Below are positions 12,001-24,258 of a stretch of 64,000 nucleotides of DNA, piece after piece (within the stretch, counting starts at the first letter, position 1; each line of letters begins with the position of its first letter). The stretch spans positions 758,422 through 822,421 of the forward strand of contig CAJINV010000002.1 of the NCBI GenBank assembly GCA_905178155.1, in the 5' to 3' direction. The stretch comes from Amoebophrya sp. A120. Lineage: Eukaryota > Protista > Dinoflagellata. Under the pieces are notes generated by a model, which saw nothing but the letters and a program-made list of their open reading frames with translations, had not been told where the DNA came from and ran no database searches. The position numbers and the translations under genes are program-made.

Positions 12001-14351
12001 CATGATGGCAGCAGAGTTCCCAAGTTTGTTCGGGGTCGCAGTATGAACTTGCGCGGTATGCTCCACGTTTAGGGAGTGCATGTTTTTGCAATTGTACGTA
12101 AAACTATTGAGCAGCTCAAGTTTTTATTTTTTTTGACCTGCTCAATAGTTTTCGGATCCGCAGAATCCGCAGATCTCGGATCTCGACTTGAACTCGAGAT
12201 CCGAGATCCACGGATTTCGGACATGAGCATTTTGGTGGAAGCAAATTTCGGATGGCCCATGTGTGACAAACTAAAAATTGCTAGCTATCTCACATGGTTC
12301 GGATAAAGTGGCTAGTGTGCACAAGGTCACTTCTCATCGTCCACCTTTTCCCTAGCTAGTGCACAGAATCTGTCGCTCAGGTCCACACGCTCGGATCATG
12401 TGACCGGGTCGCATTTTTTTATTTTTCAGACCTGCTCAATAGTTTGAAAAACGATGAAAAACCGGGGTAGGGGGAGAGACCACGTGGGATATCCCACAAC
12501 TCCTCGTCCAATCTCCTCTCAATCGCGTGGTGGTCTCGAAACTTCTCATTCGGATAGTACTCCAAAAATTCCCGTCTTTTCTTCTCCTTATTCTCCGCCG
12601 TGATCCTCTGCCCTATCCGCAAATTTCTTCTAGGTGCGTAGTCGTTTGTCGGCTTGTTATCAAATGCAAAAATGTCTGGGTCTGGAAGAGGAGAAGTTTG
12701 TCATGCACATTCTCCATGATCCATGACGTCTGTGATGTATGCCATAGCATCACAGATTTTTTGGACGCCTATCGATGCGCATCCTGCATGACAAATGCCC
12801 TCTCCGTGTAGCCAAATTTGACTCCTCTTGCTGCTCATGCAATGCAGATTTTTTGTAGCATCCAAATGCAGCATCACAAGTTTGTCTCTTCCAGACCCAG
12901 ACATATTTGCATTTGATACTTGTGCTTGGAATACAGTACTGGCCGTTTTGTCCCGTTGTTCTCTTTATCCTCCTCGTTTTTCAGCATGTTCTTCTCCAAA
13001 ATGCTCAGGTCTGCATTCTCTAAACTCGCCAAATACGTCTCTTTTCCCTCTTGTCCGAGCGCGTCCAGCCCGTCCTGGAACTTCACGAAATTTTCCGGTT
13101 GTTTCGGCGTTTCTTGTTTTTTCAATTGTTTCGTTTGTTCGTTGAAGTTCAGATACAACTTCCGTCTCATACAGTCCAACTCGGAGAGGCTCTCTTCTTC
13201 TGCTTGGGAGAGCTGGGCTAAAGCGTCTTTGTCGTGGTCCAGGTATGGATCTTCGGTGCTGGACCAGCTGTCTGTGTTGCCGGACGCCGCTAGAGCGGTA
13301 GTTGAGGATCTTGGCACAACTGCGTTTGTCATGCTAGAACCACCGCTAGAGAACAATAACCTTCTCTCCATCTCCCGAACCTGTTCCCACGGATCCAACA
13401 TCCCGGGCCTAACACACGTCTCTTCCTTAATCGTGAATGCCCGGATATCCTGCGTGATCCGACCAGGCTCCAACCTCGCGACATTCGTCCCGCGCACCCG
13501 ATCGAGGAAAGAGGTTTTCCCCTCGTCAATGTGCCCCAGGACGACGACTGTCGGGATAATGGAAGTTGTCATGCTAGTATTTTTCGTCGACGAAAGGGGC
13601 ATCTGCACATGATCACCAGAACTTTTATCCTTCTTGTTCATCCCTTCCAACATCCGTTCCGCCAACACCTTCCGGTCCCATTCCGGCTCTACATCCAACA
13701 ATTTCGGCTCCAACCCGAAATCCGCGGCTGCCGCCGCGGCGATTCTATACGGAATCAAGACGCACCGCTTGTTCGCCGTTTTGAACACCCGGTTTGCCTG
13801 GTCCTTCCAGGTGTACGCCCCGTCCTCGAAAGTGACGTTCAACAAGCGGAAAATCTCGCTGTAGCCTAAATTGAACATTACCCGTAACTCCGCGGCGGCG
13901 ACGTAGGGGGGGAGAAGAATCACCTTCGATTGCTGCTTCCTCCCCTTCACTATCCTGTGCAAAAGTATCGTACTCGTAGTAATTCAAATCATGCATTACA
14001 AATTTCTTTCTCAAGCTCAACGTAAATCCGCATATACAACTTTTATTTCTCACGCAGAAGAAATTTGTAATGCATTTATACGAGTAATACGATGCTTTTG
14101 CATTGCATATTCACTAGTGTCCATTTTGCCACCTTTCTCGGGATGTAGAGGTTATGTCGCTTCGGCGCGTCGGAAAAGCAACGGAGTTGGAGGTTTTGTG
14201 CTCTCGAACTCGATGTTATTTTTGTCGCAAGACAAATTTCGAACCTTCCATATGCACGGCCACCGCGGTCGGCCAAAGATCGCCCAATCGTGCAGTGGCG
14301 GGAAAGATGACGAGCTGCAGGAGCAGGGTGGCGGAGATGAAAGGGTTTCAT
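6005..14351 (-). CDS. Divergent organellar translation initiation factor 2-like GTPase, 11 exons
   Basis: G1 VVVLGHIDEGKTS, G2 GRITQDIRAF, G3 WIDTPGH, G4 VINKVD, domain II RGTLITVIVKYGQLKKG and domain III IVHGGIGPVTPNDLRHA. Arg-rich N-terminus. Ten introners are removed in frame. Confidence 0.85.
6187..6461. mobile_element. Introner family B
   Basis: TIR GTCTGGAAG/TTCCAGAC, TSD gggat/ggggt. Confidence 0.88.
6504..6712. mobile_element. Introner family F
   Basis: TIR AAAAAACTG.TTCACTGTGA, TSD tagcc/tagcc; inverted homolog at 43585. Confidence 0.9.
6850..6999. mobile_element. Introner family A
   Basis: TIR, TSD aataa/aataa. Confidence 0.92.
7706..7862. mobile_element. Introner family A
   Basis: TIR, TSD tcttc/tcttt. 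Confidence 0.9.
7930..8149. mobile_element. Introner family G (singleton)
   Basis: TATGAGAGTCCACAATTCC...GGAGTTGTGCACTTTCATA, TSD tgtac/tgtac. Confidence 0.85.
8911..9070. mobile_element. Introner family A
   Basis: TIR, TSD tgttc/tgttc. Confidence 0.9.
9131..9276. mobile_element. Introner family A (CAT terminus variant)
   Basis: TIR, TSD aactt/aactt. Confidence 0.9.
11350..12491. mobile_element. 1.14-kb foldback-type introner
   Basis: TAT...ATA, TSD tccca/tccca, ~200-bp imperfect inverted arms starting TCTCTCCCCCTACCCCGG. Confidence 0.85.
12658..12918. mobile_element. Introner family B
   Basis: TATCAAATGCAAAAATGTCTGGGTCTGGAAG TIR, TSD cttgt/cttgt. Confidence 0.93.
13951..14109. mobile_element. 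Introner family A
   Basis: TIR, TSD ttcac/ttcac. Confidence 0.92.
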
Positions 14352-14745
14352 TTTCGCTGCACGAAGAACGTTATTTCAGATGAACACGTCGCAGCCCATT
14401 TTCGACGGGGGCAGGCGATCGGTGTTTTGGATCTTTTTTCCGGAAGGTCGCACTATTTTTTTCTTCCGCAGAGGACAAACAACGCAACACCAGCATGGAT
14501 CTTCCGACCTGGATCTCAGTAGCAGGGACGACCGCAGCGAAAAAACCCGCGTTTCTCAAGAACATGTGAAAAAAGAAGATCTTGCTCATCCGAACATAAC
14601 ATCAAGCAGAACCACTGCAGCTGTCTGCGATGTCTTCAAAAGTGCACGCTTGGCACCCACAGATTAATCGTGCGCTGTGAGAAGTTGTTTTGCTATGCTG
14701 TCGACAACCGTCTTTATTTGGTCGTGCAATTCTTCAGCGCCTTAT

Positions 14746-16677
14746 TCATTCATTCGCATTCATCGTATCGTACACCCGTAATTTCCTACTCAGAGTCTGT
14801 ATGATCCCTAGGTACAGACAAACCACGCCCGTGAAAAAAAAGCTCACGGAGTAGAAGTGCCGTTCATACGCAAATTCTAAAACAGGTGTAATTTCCGAGC
14901 CATAGTTCCCTACGACATCCACGACCGCTTTCACGTAGCCCTCGACTTGAAAAACTTCTGTTGCAGCAGCAACTACAGTCGCCGCAGCGTATTCGAAATA
15001 CTGCATGACAAACCGCACCAAAATCTCCGGATTTAAAACCAACTCCGTCACTTGCGCGAGAGTCGTCATGGCAAGCTCTTCGTAGTAAGTTGCGGTGGTT
15101 GCGACTATTGCCGCGGTGGTTGACCCGGTCGCGGTGAAGAGTAGTTTCTTCCGTTTCTTCAACCCATTCACAATAAATTCGTACTTTTTCCTCCGAGCTA
15201 ACCTCTTCAGCAGCTGTTCCATGTCCGTTGCATCGATCAATTTCTTCGCTTGCGCCAGCCAAGTATCGATACAAACGGTAGTATTGTCGTCATCCTTTGC
15301 GAAGGAGAAAGTTGTAGAGGAGAAGTGCATGTGAATCTCTGTTGCGTCGTGAAGTTCCAAGATGATTTTGTTCCTCTGTGTTTTCAACAATGCGATGATG
15401 AGGAAGAGAATGGTGTAATAGGATTTTGGCTTAGATTTAGAAGTTAATCTACTTGTACTTCCCCCGCCGTCATCACCAACATCACCAGCACTTCCTTTAC
15501 ACTCCGCGACCAAAACGTCGAACACGCGGGATAGCAATTCGAACTCATTCACACTGTGCGCGAAAAAGGTAAGCAGCCACGCTAAAGTGAAGTGGAGGGA
15601 AATCTGCCCGGTGTCCGCGAGCCCAGCGTGCGCGTTTAGGTATTTGAAGTGGGTAAAGAGCTGCGGGTCGTGTTCGCGTAAAATCTGCTCCATAATGTCG
15701 AAAAGCGGAAAAATGATCTCGTCGAACCGCTTCTCCGGGGACAAAAACTCCTTCATGTATGAACTGCAAAAGTAAAAGTATCGCACTCGTATAAATGCAT
15801 TACAAATTTCCTCAGCATGAGAAATAAAATTTGTAATGCGGATTTACCTTAACAAAAGGATTTGTAATGCATGACTGCAATACGAGTACGATACTTTTGC
15901 ACAGGATATCACGAGCGTTTTGTCAATGAAGGTTCTCACAGAACTCGCCGCGGAAAATCTCGTGCTCATCGTTTCGAGGAAGACGAGGCAGATGTCGTGG
16001 AAGCCCTGGTAATATTTCCAGGTATTTGTGATGGTTTTCTGCTTTTTTTCCCTATGATCGATCTTTTCCTCCACCAAAACCTCGCCGAGCAGCTTTATCA
16101 ACGTGTTCCGCTTGTTCTGTCTGTCCGCCAACCGCATGGATTCAATCGGGAGTTCTGATTCCTTTTTGTGAATATCCCATGAGAAACAGGACCTTTTCAC
16201 ATCCGCCTCGATCACGTGGAGGTCGTTCGCCGGGAGCTTGTGCTTCAATTCGGGCGGAATGTACACCGCGTCAAAGTCTTGCTGAATAGAAGCGGGGATA
16301 TTATCATCGTCATTCGAAACTGTCCTCGTTCTACTTACCGCGGTGTCTGTTTGGGTAGTTTTTGCGGCTTCCAAAATGGTCTCCCCGAGCTTGCTCGCTT
16401 TGGTTGTTTTCACCGGTAGCTCGCCGAGGAGTTTCGCGATCAGCTTCTGCTCTAGCGCCTTGTCCTTGAACTTCGCCAGAATGTTCTGTTTCTTCGTTTT
16501 TTGGTTGGTATTCGTATTAGAGGGAGCTGTTGGTTGTTGCAGTAAAAACTCCCAAATTTCCGCCCGGACGATTCGTCTTGCGCCGAAACCACGACTGTAC
16601 GCAATGTCGCGGAGGGTTTGCGTAGTTTTGGTTTTTTCGGTGGGAGAGCGGCTGGACGAGGAGGCTGACGTGGACAT
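14746..16677 (-). CDS. TBC-domain Rab GTPase-activating protein, TBC1D20/Gyp8-like
   Basis: Arginine finger IEADVKRS, glutamine finger YYQGFHDI, LAWLLTFFAH helix and C-terminal hydrophobic anchor. One introner at 15758-15908. Confidence 0.88.
15758..15908. mobile_element. Introner family A
   Basis: TIR, TSD tcatg/tcacg. Confidence 0.92.
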
Positions 16678-17356
16678 TTTCTACTTTATGCTTTTTCAAT
16701 TTGTTTCCCGGCACTTAGAGTTGGACTTACAATCCAACTCAAACAAATGATAAACTGGAACTTTATTTTCTGGAAGCGTTCTTGTTGATAACGATAAGCC
16801 GCGAAGAAAAAACTGTGTTCACCTAGCAGCACAAAGGCACGGCTAATAAAGGCAGGTAGATCGCTGTGGAGGTTTTTCTTACAAACAGACTCGTATGCGC
16901 CCGTTGCAAAGGCGGAGAGTAAAAATCAAAAATGCGGAGGAAAAAAGCGGCCGGTGTCACAGAAAAGGTGCTTCTGAGTTTAGGAAATTGGATCATCATC
17001 GTGCGAGAACAGTACAATGGCTGTCCAAGGAGCGACCGAGGGGCGGTCCGTGCCCCTCCCTATCGTTCTGACGACCACACAGCTGTGGCGATATCCGCAG
17101 GACAATATCAAATGTTAGTAAATGTGCTTTTTCCAGATAGTGAAAGATTCAGGTTTCTACTAACGATGAGTTTATTTACCTTTTCGGTGACAGCAAGCAG
17201 GAGAGCAGGATGAGTTGATTTGTACGTCCTCAGCAGAGCAGCAGGTTTTCTAAAAAATGTTTGATGGCGCAACGTCTTTTCGTTGCCACACAAAAGTGTT
17301 TGTTCAAGATGGAAAATTTGATCTTCACTACGACAGAATCTTAATATCTCCAGAAG

Positions 17357-17991
17357 CTACACGGTCGCGTAGTAGCAGCTTCCCGACCCGTAGCAGGTGC
17401 TGTTTTTCACGAGACTGCCCCGCGTAGATTTCCACTCAGCAAAAGCCGCGTGGGGGTTTGCGCACTTGGTCTTGCCGCCCATCAAACCCGTCTCTGCGCG
17501 TTTGTACATGCCGAGGAGGGTGAGGAAAACCAGATCCTGCGGAACGTAACTGTGATTGATGGGTTTTTTATACTAGAGATTTGTCATGCGAGATTATCAA
17601 TTGCAGAAGCATTTTGTCATGCAGAAAAACCATGACAAGGAAAGAAAAACGTCGTATACTATGTCAACGCCGCGATGGTACAGGCGACCAGCAAGGAGTC
17701 CTGTCGAAACGCCGTTGGCTTCCCGTATCCTGTACAGAAGTATCGTATTCGTATAATTGCAGTCATGCATTACAAATTTTTGTCTCAAGGTAAATCCGCA
17801 TTACAAATTTTATTTCTCACGCTGAGGGAATTTGTCATGCATTTATACGAGTGCGATACTTTTGCAGTTCATATCCCGCCACCGAGTACCATGGTGCGCT
17901 TCTGCATGTTGAAAAAGTTGCTTCTCAGCGTCTGGGCGGAGGTGAAGCTGCTGGTCTTCTTCGCAGCCGTCGAGAGGACGCGACCGAGCAT
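17357..17991 (-). CDS. Small protein with mitochondrial-presequence-like N-terminus and hydrophobic segment
   Basis: Reads MLGRVLSTAAKK...LLVACTIAALTYYVPQDLVFLTLLG...YATV* after removing introner 17726-17873 and GT-AG intron 17550-17659. Confidence 0.72.
17726..17873. mobile_element. Introner family A
   Basis: TIR, TSD tcccg/tcccg. Confidence 0.92.
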
Positions 17992-18329
17992 CTTGATTTG
18001 GGGTTTGCTAAGGTGTTGCCTCGTTCCGGTAAGCTGCTCTTCTGTAAAGCTAAATGTAGTGAAGATTTTTAGTGCAAATATGGCAACCACTTCTGGTCAA
18101 AGAGTTCTTCTTCCATCTCAATCTCCTCTCTGTCCAGCCACACCCGCCTGCATACTGACAAGTCTTGTAAAAGTTCCCGGGATGTGTGCGTAGTGTATCT
18201 CCAAACAGAAACACTCACAAGAAAATCGCTCTCACCTCCCCGTTCGCGCAATTTTGCGCAGCAGAAGCAGAACTAACACCACGCTGAGAAACAAAAACCA
18301 GCTGCGAGTGCGTCAGCCTCCTCCTCATG

Positions 18330-20300
18330 GTAATTCAACTTCAGAGAAAAACTGCGCCGACTCGGCAATACAGACTCGCTGCCCTGCGCCAGACTGACAA
18401 CGCGGCCTGTGTGTGGGCGCGCCGCCTAGTCGCGCCGGCAAATAAATTGACCCAAGCCACGAGACCCACCGGCGGGCCGACGCCGCATGGCGGCGGGCGG
18501 CCCACAGCACACAGGCAAGCAACCGCGGGGGACAGGCCACCCAGCGCGCGGGCGCGGCCCACAAAACGCGGCCCCAGTCAAATGGGCCAGCTCCACCACA
18601 TATGGGCCCCGCCGGGCCGGTGGGGTTGGTAAACTCCCGGGCCGGCTGCACTGCTTCCCTGCTAGAACGAAGCAGGGAACCATCCGGCCGGAGGGCCCGG
18701 GCGGGGGGGGGGGCGGGAAGAAGCGACGCCCGGGCGGCCCGCTCTGCTTGCAGGGGCCCACACAAAAGCAGGGGGGGCGCCCCAGAAATATACGGGGCCA
18801 GCGGGGCGCCCCGACAGGCGTAGGGCAGTGGGCCGCACTTCGTCGGCTTTTGGCTTTGCCCCCCCCCCCCCCCAGTTTGTTCGCAGACCGCCGCGAAAGG
18901 CAAAAGCCAAACGCAAATCGATAAAAAATAGCTGCGCCTACTCGCGCCGCCCCGCGCCTGCCGCGACGGCACACAGGCCGATTGCGATTATCAGCGTTTC
19001 GAAGTGCCCGGGGCCTGGGCCTGGGCCTTAGGGGGGCCACTGCCGCCCGTCGCGGCGGGCGCCGGCGTAGTGGCGGCGGGGAGGGTTCGCCCGTCCGGGG
19101 GGGCCTTCTCGTTCGCGCCAGCCCGGCCGCTCGTTGCGTGCGTCGGTCCGTGGTGGGGCTCGAGCGGCGCCCGCCCATAAACACCACTGCCCTGTCCCTG
19201 TGACTGTGTTGCCCTGGCGCCAAGAGGGGCAACACACTGCCTCCCGCCCACCCCATAATGGGCGCACAACGGGCAGGGCATGGCAACAGGGCCCGCCGAA
19301 CGGATCGAGGGGCGCCAGACTGTTTTTTCACAGGATAGAATATTGTATTAATGCAATTACTGCAAACGCAACTGCACGCTAAGCCCTCGTCGCACACTTT
19401 CGCTTTCACGCCGTCCTGTTCGTCGGCTTCGCTCTTGTCTCAGACGGTTATAAATATATCCAAGCCCTCAGGAAAAAAAAAATGACGCTCGGTTGCACTC
19501 AAAGACACAGGCGCTTTACTTGCACCGCGAAGAAGAGACAGTGAGCCTGTCGTGCGCCTCCAACGCAATAAATGTCACGATTGACAAGACCAGCCGAGGT
19601 CTCGCTACTTTTTACTTCAGTTGGGTTTTCTACTCAATATAAAGCGTCGCGCGAGCTTCCTGGCCCGCGGGGCGAGCGGTTGGTCCGTCTGCGAGCTCTT
19701 ACGATTGGCCGCGCCGACTGAGGCAACGAGGGCGCACGAGCAGAGAGAGACAGACGCTGCTGCGGCACATCCACTGCAGAGGGATAAGAGCCGGCCAACG
19801 ACCGGCCAGCTGGTCGGGGTGCCAATGGAGAGAGCGAGGCGCAACCGGCCAGGCCCGCCAGGACGCGCCGCGACGGCACCGCGAAAAAACAGGCGAGGGC
19901 GCAACGGCCGGCGCCTGCCCCGTCTTTGATTGCGCGCACTGCGGCGCGCAAATGGGCAAAGCCATCACCACACTGGAACACGCGCGGGCCGGCGCCTCTC
20001 CGTCGCGAACTGCGCAGCTTTCTTGTGTGTGTCCGCGCAGAGGCCCGGCCGAGGTGCCGCGTATTGGCTTTCGCTCCAGACGTATTCGTCGTTAGCGATG
20101 CCCCGGATCATCGGAGGGGCGCCCGACTGACACAAGCCAAGGGGCGGCGCGCCTGCCTGCCGCAACTTACTGCGGTGCGACGTGGTCTAGTCGGCGGCGA
20201 GCATTGCCTCGCCCAAGGCTGCCGCTGGCTCTCTTCTAGACCGTGGGCGCACAACACTGCAGGGAACGGCTGCAGGCCGCGTTGCGGGTCCACAATTCTC
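18330..20300. other. Intergenic GC-rich island (duplicate at ~28240-30200)
   Basis: Same character as 4380-5760; boundaries approximate. Confidence 0.7.
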
Positions 20301-20995
20301 ATGTAGTAAGTTTTGATCTTTTTTTTACCAGGAAGGAGGCACCGGTACAGACATGCTTTAAAACTGGCACGCTCAAGTTTCCTCACACTGGCGCTGCCCT
20401 CAAATGTTTCTCTTCGTGTGTGTCGTCTCAAACACTCATATCTCCCCAAACAAAAAGCGAAATAAGAAAAATAACACCCTCACCAGCAATGATAGAACAA
20501 AACCAACACCTGTGTACTACTAGTGACAGAGTCCGATGTCGTGCTTTACTCGATTCCGCACGTTGATCATGATCTATGCCAGCCCAATAGCAATATCATC
20601 ACAGCGTGCAGCTGACCGGGACTTCATTAGATTGAGTTCTCCCCGATGTTGACATTAAGTACGCACTTCCAGTTGGTTCGTTCCTGAAGATCCTGTGTTC
20701 AAAAAGTCAGTCGTTCATTTGGTGGAAAAACGAAAATGATATATTCCCGATACAATCCTAACGTGCAAAACTCGACAAGCGAAGCAAAAAAAAACTTTAT
20801 TCTCAAGACTACATCAAACGTTGAAGCGCAAGAAAAGAAAGGCAGGCGCCCCATTCTAAATCGTTATATTTGGGTTTCAACTATTAGTACTAAGCAGCAG
20901 CAGCTGGGGCTGCAAAAAAAGTTTCGCGACGCCTACAGTGCTGCACTGCGCGAGATGGCGACTGCATCAAAATCATCATCTTTGCCATATCTTCG

Positions 20996-22095
20996 TCAAA
21001 TTTTCTCTAATTCTGAAAGGGTGATAATCACCCCTGGGGGCTCCTCTTCTTCCCCTTTCTTGTCAGATTGAATTGGGATTGCTCTAGGCGAAGAGGACCC
21101 GGTGATTTGTATTGCGGAAACGGATGGGGAAGACGAGTGTGCTGCTGCATGATTTGTTGATGCAGCCCATGTTGTACTATTACCACCACCTTCTCCTCCC
21201 GCCAAGGTCGAGGCCGAGCTAGACCCTTGACCTTGTCCCCCACTTCCAGGCATCACACTCAAGTTCACCTGGTGACAACCCACACTACTACCCCCATGCT
21301 CAAAATTGATTGTCCCTCCGCCAACCACCCCGCTCGCGCTCGCACTACTTGAACTTGCTGAAGAAGAAGAGCTTGCTGCGTTCCCAAACCCTCCCAGCAT
21401 ACCGGAGGAATTTAAAGTAGAAGTCGTGATTGACTTCCCAGGGGCGGAAACTACGACTTCAGGTAAGAACAACGGTGGCCGGTTGGAATTCGCATCGTGG
21501 TCGGGTGGGGGCGTGGGGAACCTGTTTATTTGCTGGAAATTATTGTTTCCGCCATGCAACATCGCGAGTTGCTGTTGCGCGCAGCTCGCCGGCCCCGCGG
21601 ATCTTGACCGTTTCAACAAATCAGTAATGTCAATAGCATCCGCAGAAGTGTTCAAGTTCATCGTTTGGTTTGGGTTGGTTGCGTTTAATATTCCGGTTCC
21701 AGTGGTCCCACTGCCACCTCCACGGGGATTGGTATTTTGGTTTGTATTCATCATGCTGTCGGAGAGGAGACTATCAAATGTAAAAGTGTCTGGGTCTGGA
21801 AGAATACAACTTGTGATGCTGTATTTAGATTCCAAAAAAATCTGTATTGCATGAGTATCAAACGGAATGCAATTTATGCGACGCTAACAAGGAATTTGTC
21901 GTGCGGAATAGGCATCAAGAAACCATCAAAAAATCTGTATTGCTAGTAGGGTATGCATCACAGACGTCATGGCTCATGCAAAACGTGCATGACAAGTGTC
22001 AGAATCTTCCAGACCCAGACATTTTTGCAGTTGGTAGAGACTCTGGCTTAATAATTTGCTATTGTTCGAACTTGGATTCCGCATTATAGGGGGTC
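20996..22095 (-). CDS. Duplicate 3' exons of the 30903-40907 gene (contig end)
   Basis: Matches 30903-32002 at offset 9907 and is cut by the N gap inside a family C introner. Confidence 0.6.
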
Positions 22096-22188
22096 TATGG
22101 AAGCGTCAGGTTTGAAATCGTCAAAGTTGAAATAATTTGTAATGCATAAAATGCATGACCCGAGGCACGTGTGTTGCAGAGCAGGCAA

Positions 22189-22288
22189 NNNNNNNNNNNN
22201 NNNNNNNNNNNNNNNNNNNNNNNNNNNNNNNNNNNNNNNNNNNNNNNNNNNNNNNNNNNNNNNNNNNNNNNNNNNNNNNNNNNNNNNN
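22189..22288. other. Scaffold gap (100 N)
   Basis: Run of n. Confidence 1.
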
Positions 22289-22398
22289 TCCACACGCTCG
22301 GATCATGTGACCGGGTCGCATTTTTTTATTTTTCAGACCTGCTCAATAGTTTGAAAAACGATGAAAAACCGGGGTAGGGGGAGAGACCACGTGGGATA

Positions 22399-24258
22399 TC
22401 CCACAACTCCTCGTCCAATCTCCTCTCAATCGCGTGGTGGTCTCGAAACTTCTCATTCGGATAGTACTCCAAAAATTCCCGTCTTTTCTTCTCCTTATTC
22501 TCCGCCGTGATCCTCTGCCCTATCCGCAAATTTCTTCTAGGTGCGTAGTCGTTTGTCGGCTTGTTATCAAATGCAAAAATGTCTGGGTCTGGAAGAGGAG
22601 AAGTTTGTCATGCACATTCTCCATGATCCATGACGTCTGTGATGTATGCCATAGCATCACAGATTTTTTGGACGCCTATCGATGCGCATCCTGCATGACA
22701 AATGCCCTCTCCGTGTAGCCAAATTTGACTCCTCTTGCTGCTCATGCAATGCAGATTTTTTGTAGCATCCAAATGCAGCATCACAAGTTTGTCTCTTCCA
22801 GACCCAGACATATTTGCATTTGATACTTGTGCTTGGAATACAGTACTGGCCGTTTTGTCCCGTTGTTCTCTTTATCCTCCTCGTTTTTCAGCATGTTCTT
22901 CTCCAAAATGCTCAGGTCTGCATTCTCTAAACTCGCCAAATACGTCTCTTTTCCCTCTTGTCCGAGCGCGTCCAGCCCGTCCTGGAACTTCACGAAATTT
23001 TCCGGTTGTTTCGGCGTTTCTTGTTTTTTCAATTGTTTCGTTTGTTCGTTGAAGTTCAGATACAACTTCCGTCTCATACAGTCCAACTCGGAGAGGCTCT
23101 CTTCTTCTGCTTGGGAGAGCTGGGCTAAAGCGTCTTTGTCGTGGTCCAGGTATGGATCTTCGGTGCTGGACCAGCTGTCTGTGTTGCCGGACGCCGCTAG
23201 AGCGGTAGTTGAGGATCTTGGCACAACTGCGTTTGTCATGCTAGAACCACCGCTAGAGAACAATAACCTTCTCTCCATCTCCCGAACCTGTTCCCACGGA
23301 TCCAACATCCCGGGCCTAACACACGTCTCTTCCTTAATCGTGAATGCCCGGATATCCTGCGTGATCCGACCAGGCTCCAACCTCGCGACATTCGTCCCGC
23401 GCACCCGATCGAGGAAAGAGGTTTTCCCCTCGTCAATGTGCCCCAGGACGACGACTGTCGGGATAATGGAAGTTGTCATGCTAGTATTTTTCGTCGACGA
23501 AAGGGGCATCTGCACATGATCACCAGAACTTTTATCCTTCTTGTTCATCCCTTCCAACATCCGTTCCGCCAACACCTTCCGGTCCCATTCCGGCTCTACA
23601 TCCAACAATTTCGGCTCCAACCCGAAATCCGCGGCTGCCGCCGCGGCGATTCTATACGGAATCAAGACGCACCGCTTGTTCGCCGTTTTGAACACCCGGT
23701 TTGCCTGGTCCTTCCAGGTGTACGCCCCGTCCTCGAAAGTGACGTTCAACAAGCGGAAAATCTCGCTGTAGCCTAAATTGAACATTACCCGTAACTCCGC
23801 GGCGGCGACGTAGGGGGGGAGAAGAATCACCTTCGATTGCTGCTTCCTCCCCTTCACTATCCTGTGCAAAAGTATCGTACTCGTAGTAATTCAAATCATG
23901 CATTACAAATTTCTTTCTCAAGCTCAACGTAAATCCGCATATACAACTTTTATTTCTCACGCAGAAGAAATTTGTAATGCATTTATACGAGTAATACGAT
24001 GCTTTTGCATTGCATATTCACTAGTGTCCATTTTGCCACCTTTCTCGGGATGTAGAGGTTATGTCGCTTCGGCGCGTCGGAAAAGCAACGGAGTTGGAGG
24101 TTTTGTGCTCTCGAACTCGATGTTATTTTTGTCGCAAGACAAATTTCGAACCTTCCATATGCACGGCCACCGCGGTCGGCCAAAGATCGCCCAATCGTGC
24201 AGTGGCGGGAAAGATGACGAGCTGCAGGAGCAGGGTGGCGGAGATGAAAGGGTTTCAT
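22399..24258 (-). CDS. Duplicate 5' exons of the IF2-like gene
   Basis: Matches 12492-14351 at offset 9907 and is truncated at the gap. Confidence 0.6.

Noticed and set aside
12920-13612. Plus-strand ORFs such as this 230-aa one
   Set aside because: Antisense shadows of minus-strand coding exons.
18325-20449. ORFs of 215 and 327 aa in the second GC island
   Set aside because: Same compositional artefact, with no recognisable domain.
22084-22377. ORFs containing X runs
   Set aside because: They span the N gap.
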